A stretch of DNA of 64,000 nt from Azolla caroliniana (lineage: Eukaryota; Plantae; Polypodiophyta), in NCBI GenBank assembly GCA_043228905.1, contig JBHGNT010000007.1, positions 13,330,001 through 13,394,000 of the forward strand, in the 5' to 3' direction. The translations under genes and the position numbers were made by a program. The notes beneath the pieces were generated by a model. That model was not told the origin of the DNA. It did not search any database and saw nothing but the letters and a program-made list of their open reading frames with translations. This document shows, piece by piece, positions 38,946 through 50,185 of the stretch. The number at the start of each line of letters is the position of its first letter. The stretch's first letter is position 1.

Positions 38946-40196
38946 TTCCACCATTTTATATTTTGTGTTGACTTCAACTTCTCCATCAAGATTTGTTGAT
39001 GGTATTCATCGATGATAGCGTACATGTTGACGGAGTTAACCGAAATCATGTGTTGATCATGAAGATAGCTCAAGTCCACGACTTCCTTGATTTCCCCGAT
39101 GGTGTCATTAAATGAGGCTTCTTCCATAATATGAGTCACGAATTCTTCTTCTTCTATTATGTTTTATTTTTTTAGCATCTTCTCGAAGTCTTGTATCCGA
39201 CACTTATCCTTTTTGTTGGGTAGTACTAGTTTACATGCACCACTAGGTGTGACACATGTTGTTGTTGCTTCTCCTTGCAATCCACACGCTGTACTTTCTT
39301 GTGGGGACTTGTGATTGCTCAGACTATTTGTGCCCCATGCTTCAATAGTCCGCTCTAAAAATCTGAATCATCTTCTCTGAGACAATCCCGATTCCTGTCA
39401 TGGTTGGCACATACAGTCAAGAATTGTACGGCCTTCTTCCCATCAAGACTCCTTATTTGAGCAAATGTTGCACCATTGTCAAACACTTTGGTTTCCATCC
39501 GTGATGATGTTATGTATGGTTGCCCAAGAATGATGGGATGGGACGCCGAGTCTTGAACAAAAAAATGTTCAACTATCTCGACATCGCCAATCATGATGGG
39601 TTGTTAGGACATGCCCCATACAAGTCTTCAGTAGCTTTCTTAGCAGCACAAATCTTCCACCCATGATTGTTTCATGTCATTTTGATGAACTATCTTGCCC
39701 TTCTATTATTTTTCTCTTTTCATCCACGAACACCTCATGGTTGTCACACATCACTTCCACGAGTATGGTGTTGTCATCTACCGGATCTGACTATACGGTG
39801 ATACTTTGTACACTTCAGTCTGCAAGCTCTACATCGTTCGAAGTAACTTTGCCCTTCTTCTTACACTCAAGAACAGAAGACCAAAACTTTGTTCTCGTTC
39901 TTGTGTCGTGCCTTTCGGCTCCGGTAGCTTTCTTAGCAGCACGAATCTTCCACCCATGATTGTTTCATGTCATTTTGATGAACTATCTTGCCCTTCTATT
40001 CTTTTTCTCTTTTCATCCACGAACACCTCGTGGTTGTCACACATCACTTCCACGAGTATGGTGTTGTCATCTACTGGATCTGACTATACAGTGATACTTT
40101 GTACACTTCAATCAGCAAGCTCTACATCGTTCGAAGTAACTTTGCCTTTCTTCTTACACTCGAGAACAAAAGACCAAAACTTTGTTCTCGTTCTTG
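38946..40196 (-). mobile_element. Gypsy H internal fragments (gag middle, PR C-terminus, frameshift region, pre-RT)
   Basis: 39355-39594 and 38861-39139 are homologous to 52120-52350 and 52569-52856; 39700-39900 matches gag FW..V.ECKKKGK. Confidence 0.85.
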
Positions 40197-40217
40197 TGTC
40201 GTGCCTTTCGGCTCTGG
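39631..40217. repeat. ~293-bp tandem duplication spanning an LTR insertion junction
   Basis: GTAGCTTTCTTAGCAGCAC starts at 39631 and at 39924; each unit ends in the LTR terminus TGTCGTGCCTTTCGGCTC. Confidence 0.93.
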
Positions 40218-41515
40218 ACCGTTGTGTGAGTCAGGTGGGAACCACTAAGGTTTTGGACTAAGAGAAAGAAGAATACAATATAAGGCTAGTTATGAATAGG
40301 TAGAAAGAGAAGTAAGAAATAAAACTTATGAATCCCACGTGTTAAGTGTATTTAATCAATATTTAGATTGTAAAAAAGAGAATTTTTATGATAAACTCAT
40401 GAATCCCACGAGTATATTAGATTGATAAATTCTTGTAAAAATAATTAACAACATACATCTTTCTCTCCTCCTTATATAAAGATGGAAGAGGCTAAGCATA
40501 GATTCATGCTTTTTCTAAAGTGTTCATGCACACTAAATGTGCATGAGTAACTTTTTTATTGGTGTACATTTTTCTTATAAATAAAGTATTCACGCATCCT
40601 AAAAATTGCATGACTTACCTTTTAATAAATGTAGGCGTAAATAAAGGTCTTATACGTATTAAATCTATATTTAAAACACTTAGGATAAGTTAGTAAAATT
40701 GTAAGGTTGGAAGTTTGTCTATGTGGAGGTATAGGGTTGGAATCTTGCCCTATGCACGTAATAAATATTTTCTTCTATTTTACAAATTTGTCTCTTCATC
40801 CGGTGAGAGACTCTCATCGGCATTCTTTATCTGGCTCTTATCGGTTATGCTTGATCCGGTTCTTACTGGGTCTCCTTACCGGGTCCTCTTCATCCGTTTC
40901 TCGCCGACTCTCACCAGCCTTCTTCATCCGGCTGTTGCCGAGTCTACTTCGTCCCATCAGCAGGGACCAAAAATGCAATTTTCTCATAGTGTGCCGATCA
41001 TCCATAGTTTTATCTTTTTCTTCTACCGTGCATCCTGTCATCGGAATGCCATCTAGGAACGACATTGTTATCTTCGGAATGCAATCTCAAAGCACCTTGT
41101 TCATTGTGTTCATCATATGTGCAACCGAGGTTGTCTCTCCTTGTGGTAGTGTGCACATTCAGACTAATCCTATCGGTGTCCGCATGGTAGTGATGTGTCG
41201 GCTCTCCACGGCTAGTTGGAACTGGTCATACCCCGAGTCTAGGTCTCTGATGGAGTATATTGCATGACCGGCAAATGCTTCCACAAATTCATCCACTATC
41301 GGACCAACTCCGGAGTTCCGGATCGTGACCTTGTTCAGCGGTTGCAAGTATTGAATAAACCGGAGTGACCCATTCTTCTTTTGAACCGTAAACCATCGAT
41401 TTGAGTACGGAGCGTTTCATGGCTCTAGAACCCCCAACGCCACCTTCTCCTTGAGCAAGTCGATGACTTTCAAAATATGCACCCGTGGCACAGGAATCGG
41501 CTTCAAGTTCCACGG
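40197..41515 (-). mobile_element. Gypsy LTR (40197-40994) fused to an RT fragment (40995-41515), inverted relative to the neighbouring copy
   Basis: Reverse complement of 44879-45196 and of the end of 46194-47024; RT piece mirrors ~42085-42520. Confidence 0.9.
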
Positions 41516-44500
41516 TCGTAAACGGAGGAAAGAAAAAAGAATACTGAAAAGTAGAGGATAAGTTGCGGTCGGCAGCAATAATAAAAGAAGACGAAGAAAT
41601 CGTGGGGGTAGTCGAAGAAGTGTTCTATGGGAGCCCGCTACAACAGCTTGAAGAGCTTGTGGAGGATAAAAGCCAAGGAGACCGGGTAGTCCCAGTGGAA
41701 TCGGTCGAGGTGTACGAGATCATTGAGAAAATGGGGCCGGATGCGCTCCGAAAAGAAGAAGCAATGGTAAGTACGAAATACAAGACCGTGGAGAAGAAAG
41801 TGAAACCGGCCGCGGGACAGCTACCTGCCGATAGTGAACAAAAGAGGAAAGAAGTTTCGGGAGATCCGATACTTCGAAAATCCGTGGATATCGGACATGC
41901 CTTCACGGATGAGACCCAGAAAAAACTTCGGATTGGTGGACGTGGTTTCCTCTTACGAAAAGAAGAAGAACGGTTTCGTGAAATGTTGGAACAACATGGA
42001 AAGGCATTTGCATTCACATTGAAGGAGATAGGTGCATTGATCCGAAGATAGTGGAGTCGATGGTGATCTTCATGATTGACCATGTGTCATGGAACCTAAA
42101 GTCGATTCCGGTGCCGCAAGCGCATATTCCCGGTTCTGAAGAAGAATGGGTCACTCCAATTTATCCAAGACTTGCAACCGGTGGACAAGGTCACGATCCG
42201 GAACTCCGAAGTCGGTCCAATAGTAGACGAATTTGCGGAAGCATTTGCCAGTCGTGCGATATACTCCATCGGAGACCTATACTATGACCAATTCCAACTA
42301 GCCGTGGAGAGCCGACACATCACTACCATGCGGACGCCGATAGGATTAGTCTGAATGTGCACACTACCACAAGGAGCGACAAACTCGGTTGCACATATGA
42401 TGAACGCAATGAACAAGGTGCTCGAGATTGCATTCCGGAGATAACGATGGCGTTCCTAGATGACATTCCGTTGAAAGGATGTGCAGTAGAAGAAAAAGAT
42501 GAAACTACAGATGATCGAGGATGCCGAAAGTTCGTAGTCGACCATATTCGTGATTGCGAGAAAGTGCTTCGAAAGTTAGAAGCTGTGCACCTAACACTTT
42601 CCGGGGAGAAATCGGCATTCGGGCAAGAAGTGATATTGGTAGTCTAACATCTATGTGGACCCTACGGCCGAAGACCGTCACCAACCAAGATCGATGCGAT
42701 TCAAGCTATGAAAGAAGTATGCGAGTCACAATCCGAAGTCCAAAGGTTTCTTGGAGTATGTGCATTTTATCACATATGGATTCCGCACTATGCCCATATT
42801 GCGGACCCACTCTATCACTTATTGTAGAAGGGGAGGAAGTTCGAATGGAAACCGGAACACACCAAAGCCATGAAAAAGCTCAAGAAAACACTACAGAGGG
42901 CTGAAGCACTTAAGAAGTTAAGCTATGAGTGACCGATCATAGTAACGGTTGATACAAGTCCAACCGGAATCGGATGGGTCATCAATCAAGCCGACTCGGA
43001 TAGTTTGCGATATCCGATCCGATTCAGAGCAAAGGTTCTCAATGAAAGGTAACGCGGATATGCACAAGTCAAAAGAGAATTATGGGGAGTCGTGTCGGCA
43101 ATCAAATCGGATCGAGATTATTTGATCGGAGCCGATGATGCGATGTTACACGATACCGGATGTGGCTATGCTAAGATGGATTGCATATGTTAAGTCGCTT
43201 AACCCGGACGTACGACACATCTCCGGAAATGACAACGTGGTAGTGGACATGTTATCAAGGGCTCGGTTCGGAGACGACATAGCCGAATCCGATAATGAAG
43301 AAATTTCTAAAGACTACTTTGCTTTGGAGCACATATGCCGAGTAAACGTAATCCGAGAATTCCGAGAAGAAGAATACAAGGGAGAAAGCTTGATGATCGG
43401 GCAGGTGCTACAAGAGATTGAGGAATCATCAGACGATAAAGAGAAGGGAGCTAAGATCCGAAGGAAGAAGACGCAAGTCCAAAAGTTCTTCTTGAAAAAT
43501 GGATTAATATGGAGGGAGCGGAAAAGACCGGATGGCATACCACTTCGGGTAGTTGGGATGAAAGAGCAACGAAACCAAATAATGTCTGAGTTTCACGAAT
43601 CCGATTGCGCTGGACATCGAGGAACATGGGTAACTTTTGTGAAAATCAAACAAAAATATTGGTGAAAGATTATGTACAAAGATATAGCGGGGTTTATGGA
43701 AAGCTACGAGAAGTGTCAAATCTACTCCGAAGTTCGACACCGAGATGAGTTACATCCGGCATTCTCACTGACCATTAACGTCAAATGGATGGTCGACATT
43801 GTAGCCATGCCAATCGGGATCGGACAAAAGAAGTACTTGGTGTTAGCTCGGGAAGATCTCACAAATCAAGTAGAAGGTCGGGTGCTACGAAGGAAAACGT
43901 GTTCTGTGGTATGCCAATTTCTTTTGGAGGAGGTGTTTTAAAGGTACGGGTTCGTAGGACAAGTGATTGCAGATCAGGGAGGCCTCGACTCTGATAAAGT
44001 GAGGGAATTCTTCACCAAACATGGAGTTCAGTTAACACTAACAACGACATACAATCCGGAGGCCAACGGGAAAATCGAACGAGGACATAGTTCAATCGTC
44101 AAAGCACTTGCCAAAGCATGCGACGAAAGGGTGAAGAATGGGCCACAGATGCTGTCGTATGCACTATGGGCGGATCAGATGACGCATAGCTCCGTAACCG
44201 GTTATATGCCGACAGAAATTATGGCTGGACATGTACCGGTAATGCCGACGGAAACCACGATCGCAACATGGACAATGCTACTGTGGAAGAAAGAGATGAG
44301 CCGCGAAGAACTACTAGTGGTCCGGATACGAAAACTAGAGGGAAGTCCGGAAGACATAGTGGAATCAACACGCTGACAACAAGAAGCGCGATTCCGGAAC
44401 AAAAGCCGGTTCGACACAAAGCACCGACTACGACCACGGAAGATTGAAGAAGGAGATTGGGTGATTGTCTATGGCAGTAGTTTGGATCATCAACATACAA

Positions 44501-47024
44501 GGATACGGAAGTTTGCGAAAAGGTGGTTCGGGCCATACGAAGTTCGAAAAGTTTTCGACAACGGAACTTACCGACTATGCGAGTTGGATGGAACGATACT
44601 ACAAGTGCCTATAGTGGGGCAACGGAACGGGTAAAGATCTTCAAGAAGCGAACTGACGACAAACCCTATGTAACCCTAGACAAGACTAACAACGAGGAGC
44701 AACCGGAAAAAGATCGCAGTGATGCGGAAAGCGAAGAAAGTGTGGGCTTCAACTCATAGTCGACATAGGGGGAGAATCGGAGAGTGCTATGGATGAAGGC
44801 GAATAATGAGCATCAGGAACTTCGGCACATACCGGAGGATGTGCGGGTTTGAAGGGGGCGAGTGTCATAATGTAAATCGCACACTATGAGAAAATTGCAT
44901 TTTTGGTCCCTCCGGATGGGACGAAGTAGACGTGGCAAGAGCCAGATGAAGAAGGCCGGTGAGAGTCGGTGAGAAACGGATGAAGAGGACCCGGTAAGGA
45001 GACCCGGTAAGAACCGAATCAAGCAGAACTGACAAGAGCCGGATAAAGAATGTCGATGAGAGTCTCTCACCGGATGAAGAGACAAATTTGTAAACTAGAA
45101 GAAAATATTTAATACGTGCATAGGGCAAGGTTCGAACTATACCTCCACGTAGACAAACCCCCAACCTTACAATTTTACTAACTTATCCTAAGTGTTCTCA
45201 CAAATCAAGTAGAAGGTCGGGCGCTACAAAGGAAAACGTGTTCTGTGGTATGCCAATTTCTTTTGGAGGAGGTGTTTTACAGGTACGGGTGCGTAGGACA
45301 AGTGATTGCGGATTGGGGAGAACTCGACTCTAATAAAGTTAGGGAATTTTTCACCAAACATGGAGTTCGGTTAACACTAACAACGGCATACAATCCGGAG
45401 GCCAATGGGAAATCGAATGAGGACATAGTCCGATCGTCAAAGCCCTTGCCAAAGCATGCGACGAAAGGGTGAAGGATTGGCTGCACATGTTCCCGTATGC
45501 ACTATGGGCGGATCGAACGACGCATAGCTCCGTAACCAGTTATATGCCGACAGAACTTATGACCGGACAAGCACCGGTAATGCCGACGGAAACCGCAATC
45601 GCGACATGGACAATGCTACCGTGGAAGGAAGTGATGAGCCGGGAGGAACTACTAGCGGTCCGGATACGACAACTAGAGGGAAGACCGGAAGACATAGTGG
45701 AATCAACACGCCAACAACAAGAAGCGTGATTCCGGAACAAAAGTCGGTTCGACACAAAGCACCGACTACAACCACGGAAGATTGAAGAAGGAGATTGCGT
45801 GATTGTCTATGGCAGTAGTTTAGATCATCAACATACAACGATACGGAAGTTCGCGAAAAAGTAGTTCGGGCCATATGAGGTTCAAAAAGTTTTCGACAAC
45901 GGAACTTATCGACTATGCGAGTTGGATGGAACGATACTATGAGTGCCAATAGCGGGGAAACGGGTAAAGATCTTCGAGAAGTGGATGGACGACAAACCCT
46001 ATGTAACCATAGACAAGACCGACATAGAGGAGCAACCGGACGAAGATCACGGTGATGCAGAAAGCGAAGAAAGTGGTCTACAATTGATGGTTGATATAAG
46101 GGCGGAATTGGGTAGTGCTACGGATGAAGACGAACAACAGGCATCGGAAACTTCGGCACATACCGGAGGATGTGCGGGTTTGAAGGGGGCGAGTGTCGTA
46201 GTGTTATTCGCACAATATCTGAAATTTGCATTTTTGTCCCTCTGTATGGAACCGGCAGGGAGGAACCGGTGAGAACCTGATGAAGGATGGAATCGGTAAG
46301 GAGGGACCGGTTAGAACCGGATGAAGGATGGAATCGGCAAGGAGGAACTGGTAAGGAGACCCGGTAAGAACCAGATCATGCAGAATCGGCAAGAGCCGGA
46401 TAAAGAAGGCCAGTGAGTGTCTCTCACCGAATGAAGAGACAAATTTGTAAATAGAAGAAAATATTGTTACATGTATAGGGCAAGATTTGAACCTTGTACC
46501 TCCATGTTAACAATTTTTAAGCCTTACCACTATACTAGGATATTATGAATTTTAAAGTTATACCAAACTTTATCCCATGTAAATATTCTAGATATGCATG
46601 GTACAAAAAGTTATTCATGCATACACACTCAAGTTAAAAGAAAAGATGGGATAGAAAGCTAATCATGCACATGCAGTGTGCATGAAAACTAAAGTTAGGA
46701 AAAACATGATGTTGCATGTGATAAACTTAAACTCTTCCAACACTATATAAGGAAGAGAGAAAGATGTATAGGTGGTTGATTTTTACAAGGAGGGATCAAT
46801 CTAATATATTCGTGGGATTCACAAGTTTATCATAAAAATTCTCTTTCTTACAATCTAAATATTGATTAAATACACTAAAAACGTGGGATTCACAAGTTTT
46901 ATTTCTTACATCTCTTTCTACCTATTCATAACTAGCCTTATATTGTATTCTTCTTTCTCCTAGTCCAAAACCTTAGTGGTTCCCACTCGACTCACACAAC
47001 GATCCGGTGCCAAAAGGCATGACA
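41516..47024 (+). mobile_element. Gypsy (PFLDDIP lineage): RT-RH-IN, PPT, partial LTR 44863-45196, second IN C-terminal segment 45197-46193, full LTR 46194-47024
   Basis: AFLDDIPLKG; LAREDLTNQVEGR; YNPEANGKIERGH; PPT GAAGGGGGCGAG twice; 45197-46193 repeats 43858-44862. Confidence 0.92.
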
Positions 47025-47528
47025 CCGCTAAAATCACTTTCTCGAACCCAGACCATGGTGTCTTCCAATCTTGAAGCTCGACGATGCACCTTTAGACGTT
47101 GTTGGCGACCACTCTCTTGAAACTTGGGATTTGACGTGCTTTAGACACGTCCTTCTGATTCATCTCCCTAACTTCGTAATGTTCCTTCCATCAAATTGAC
47201 CCTCAAGCTCCATGACACAGTCGATGGCCTTATCCACGCTTGCATTGTTGTCTCGAGATCTCATCATTTGTTTGACGACTAACATCATCCTTTCGAATTC
47301 TCCCGCTTGATTGCTTGAGGCTGCCATCTCCTCGACTTGATCCTTCCTACCGCCTCTTTCACGTCGGGTTCACTATGTGCGGATTGTGAGGCGGAACTGC
47401 CGGGGTTCTGGACTGGAAAGATTCGAAGTTTGTGCTAGGTTTAGCGAGAAATTATTTAAGATAGATTGAAAGAGAGAGAGAGATTGAGATTAAGATTGAA
47501 CCCTTGACTTTAGATTTGAGGAACAAGA
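47025..47528 (-). mobile_element. Gypsy H 5' region: LTR end, tRNA-Trp PBS (47358-47375), gag N-terminus
   Basis: TAGTGAACCCGACGTGAA on the minus strand; translation MAASSNQAGEFERMM..VDKAIDCV..GQFDGRNITK is homologous to G gag. Confidence 0.85.
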
Positions 47529-48093
47529 TGTTAGGATTTCGGTCCCTCCGGATGGGATGATGAAGGCTCGGTGAGAACCGGATGACACAGGCCCGATGAG
47601 AACCTCTCACCATATGAAGGGACATAGATGTAAATATGTTTCTGTTAGCTTATTGTGGCTATATCTATAAATAGCTCGAAAGTCATATAAGTATAAATAT
47701 GACCTAGGGAAAAAAAGGGTTAGTAGTTGTAGATCATTGTGTTGTCATTATTTTGTATAGAGATATTGGTGTAATTGCTGTACAAAGTGTAGCAAAGGGA
47801 GAGAGAGAGAGAGAGAGAGAGAGAGTGAGAGAGAGAGAGAGTGAGTCTTCGTTGTAACCGCCGCCAGGCAAAGACTGTGAGCACGAGGTCGTTGCCTCTG
47901 TGCTCCCCTATTGGATTCTCCTTACATAGTGATAGTTTGGAGCCTGTGGGCTCCCATGGTTTTTCCCGTGTAGGGTTTTCCACGTTAACATCCTATGCAT
48001 TCTCTTCTGTTTGTGTACTTGCTTCCAAAGCTCCATTTGTACCGTGTTTGATTATCATTAAGTGACCGAAGATTATTCCGCATATTCCTGTCA
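47529..48093 (+). repeat. 5' LTR of copia F (contains a (GA)n tract at ~47797-47841)
   Basis: TG..CA termini; direct repeat of 60053-60584. Confidence 0.95.
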
Positions 48094-48914
48094 AATTGGT
48101 ATGAGAGCGAAACATAATAGAAAAATGGAAGATTCGTTGGGAGGCATGTTCAAGCTCACCGGCTCCAACTACTTAGTGTGGAAGTTGAAGATGAGGGACA
48201 TGCTCGTGGTTAAAGATCTTCGGTTGCCGGTTCAGTTCGGGGACAAGAGACCGGACAAGATCGATGCCACGATATGGGAGGTGATGCACATGAAGACAAC
48301 GACGTACATACGGTGCTTCATCAACATGAGCCTGTACAACAACTTCAATGAAGAGAGCAAGGCTCATGAGCTCTAGGAGAAGATCGACATTATGTTTAAG
48401 AACAAAAATGCTGTAAATCGGGTTTTGGTGTTTCGGAAGCTAGTGAGGCTCCGGTACCAAGATGGCTCCAGCATGGTGGAGCACATGAATGCCTTCTAGG
48501 GGCTGATTCACCAAGCAACATCGTTGGAAGTACTTCTCATTGATGAGGTACTAGCATTGCTCTTGCTCGGTTCCCTCCCAGATAGCTGGGAGACGTTAGT
48601 TGTCACTTTGGGCAATGTCGGGCCGGAAGGAAAACAATTATCCCTAGCAAGAGTCAAGTTGAGCTTGCTAGATAAGGAGGTGCGTCGGAAAGACGAGGAT
48701 ATGAGCTCCGACTCCAAAGCGCTCCTTACCGAATCGGAACGTGGAAGACAAAGGAACCGTAGTCCCAAGAACCGGGAAAAGTCGGGGACACGATCAAAGT
48801 CAAGGGGGAGGCCTACTTGCTTCTATTGCAGCAAGCCGGGACACTTCCAGAAGAATTGTCGGCATTTCCGGAAAGACAAGGAAACCGACAATACCAATTC
48901 GAAGCGATCACTGG

Positions 48915-50132
48915 TGTCGTGTGAATCTTCACACACTATGTAAACAAATAATGAAATCATTATTTTAGATTAGATTAGTAGCTTGTTATAGAACTATGGA
49001 TGTACTCAAGAGTTTTAAAACGCATTTTACTACATACAAAATAGATAACTACATATCAAGTTAGGTGGACATGAAGCTTGAGAAGATTGGGAAAATAGAA
49101 TTTTGAAGTATCCCACATAGAGAGGAAACTTAAGGCCCTGGCTATATAAGCACATTCAGATCCCTCATTTTTCATTTGTGCTAAGATCACTTTGGCCACT
49201 TTGTCTAGATGGATAAATGTGGCCAAGTTCCCAAAAATTGACTGGCAATAAAATGGAACCGGAACCGGCCGGTAAGCAAACCAGAACCGGTCGGTAAGCA
49301 ATCCGGAACTGGCCGGTATGCAAACCGTAATCGGCCAGTAAGCAAACCAGAATCAGCCGGTAAGCAAATCGAAACCAGCCTGTAAGCAAATCGGAACTGG
49401 TGAAATCGGCAATTAGATGGTTTCGAAAACTGGGCGGATCCGACAACCGGCAATCGGACAAAACCGGTGATCGGGCGGAACCGGCGACCGGACGAGGCTG
49501 GACGTGGACCAGACGGATTGGATGGGCAACAATCGAGACAAACGGATGATTGGATCATGTGGCTAATTAAAGTAAAGTAAAGAAAACTAAAGTAAAGGTC
49601 ATGTGGACTGTCGCATGCAACTAAAAGAAAAAACCATGCAACTAAAAATGGATGCAACTAAAAGTAGAGGTCGTGCAACTAAAAGTGGACATGCAAAGTA
49701 ACATTGAAGTCTATGATCAACGGAGAACTCCATATAAAATTCCATTATTTTCCTGCACTCAGGCTCTCTCCATTTTTTTATTTTTCTTTTCCTTCCTAGC
49801 TCCCTTATCTTATCGAAGCAATAACACTCATAAACCTTAATTTTCCATTAGGAAGCTAGGGAACTCATAAACCATAATCTCTTATCAAAACCAAAAACCC
49901 TAATTTTCGATCGAATCCATATCTCAAATTCTTCTAATCTATTACTCTAGCAACTTTTGTAATCCCAATCTTGGGATTGATTTTAATCTTTTTTTTTCTT
50001 TGTTAATGAAATTTGTCAAGCTTTCTTATTTCCATTAATTGTTTAATATAAACATACGAATCTAATATCCTCTAGTCGAAGGCCCCAGGGTCTTGCCTCA
50101 AGTTCACGTGTCCTTGTCGTATTTTCGCGACA
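48915..50132 (+). repeat. 5' LTR of G, with a ~22-bp tandem array at ~49256-49400
   Basis: Direct repeat of 55781-57040; unit approximately GAACCGGCCGGTAAGCAAACCA. Confidence 0.95.
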
Positions 50133-50136
50133 TAAT

Positions 50137-50154
50137 TGGTGAACCCGACGTGAA
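50137..50154 (+). other. Primer binding site for tRNA-Trp
   Basis: TGGTGAACCCGACGTGAA is complementary to the 3' end of plant tRNA-Trp(CCA) as recalled (...TTCACGTCGGGTTCACCA); 4 nt downstream of the LTR. Confidence 0.85.
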
Positions 50155-50185
50155 ACAAGGTGGGAGGAGGATATCAAATGCGACG

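Noticed and set aside
40197-47024. DNA transposon with long terminal inverted repeats
   Set aside because: The repeats are gypsy LTRs, there is no transposase and no TSD (TCTTG vs CCGCT)
47797-47841. (GA)n tract as a separate feature
   Set aside because: An ordinary LTR microsatellite, shorter in the partner LTR
49165-49657. Repetitive-peptide ORFs (RFAYRPV repeats)
   Set aside because: These are translations of the LTR minisatellite; the 22-bp unit does not preserve frame
50137-50154. tRNA gene
   Set aside because: Only 18 nt of complementarity next to an LTR and no cloverleaf; this is a PBS
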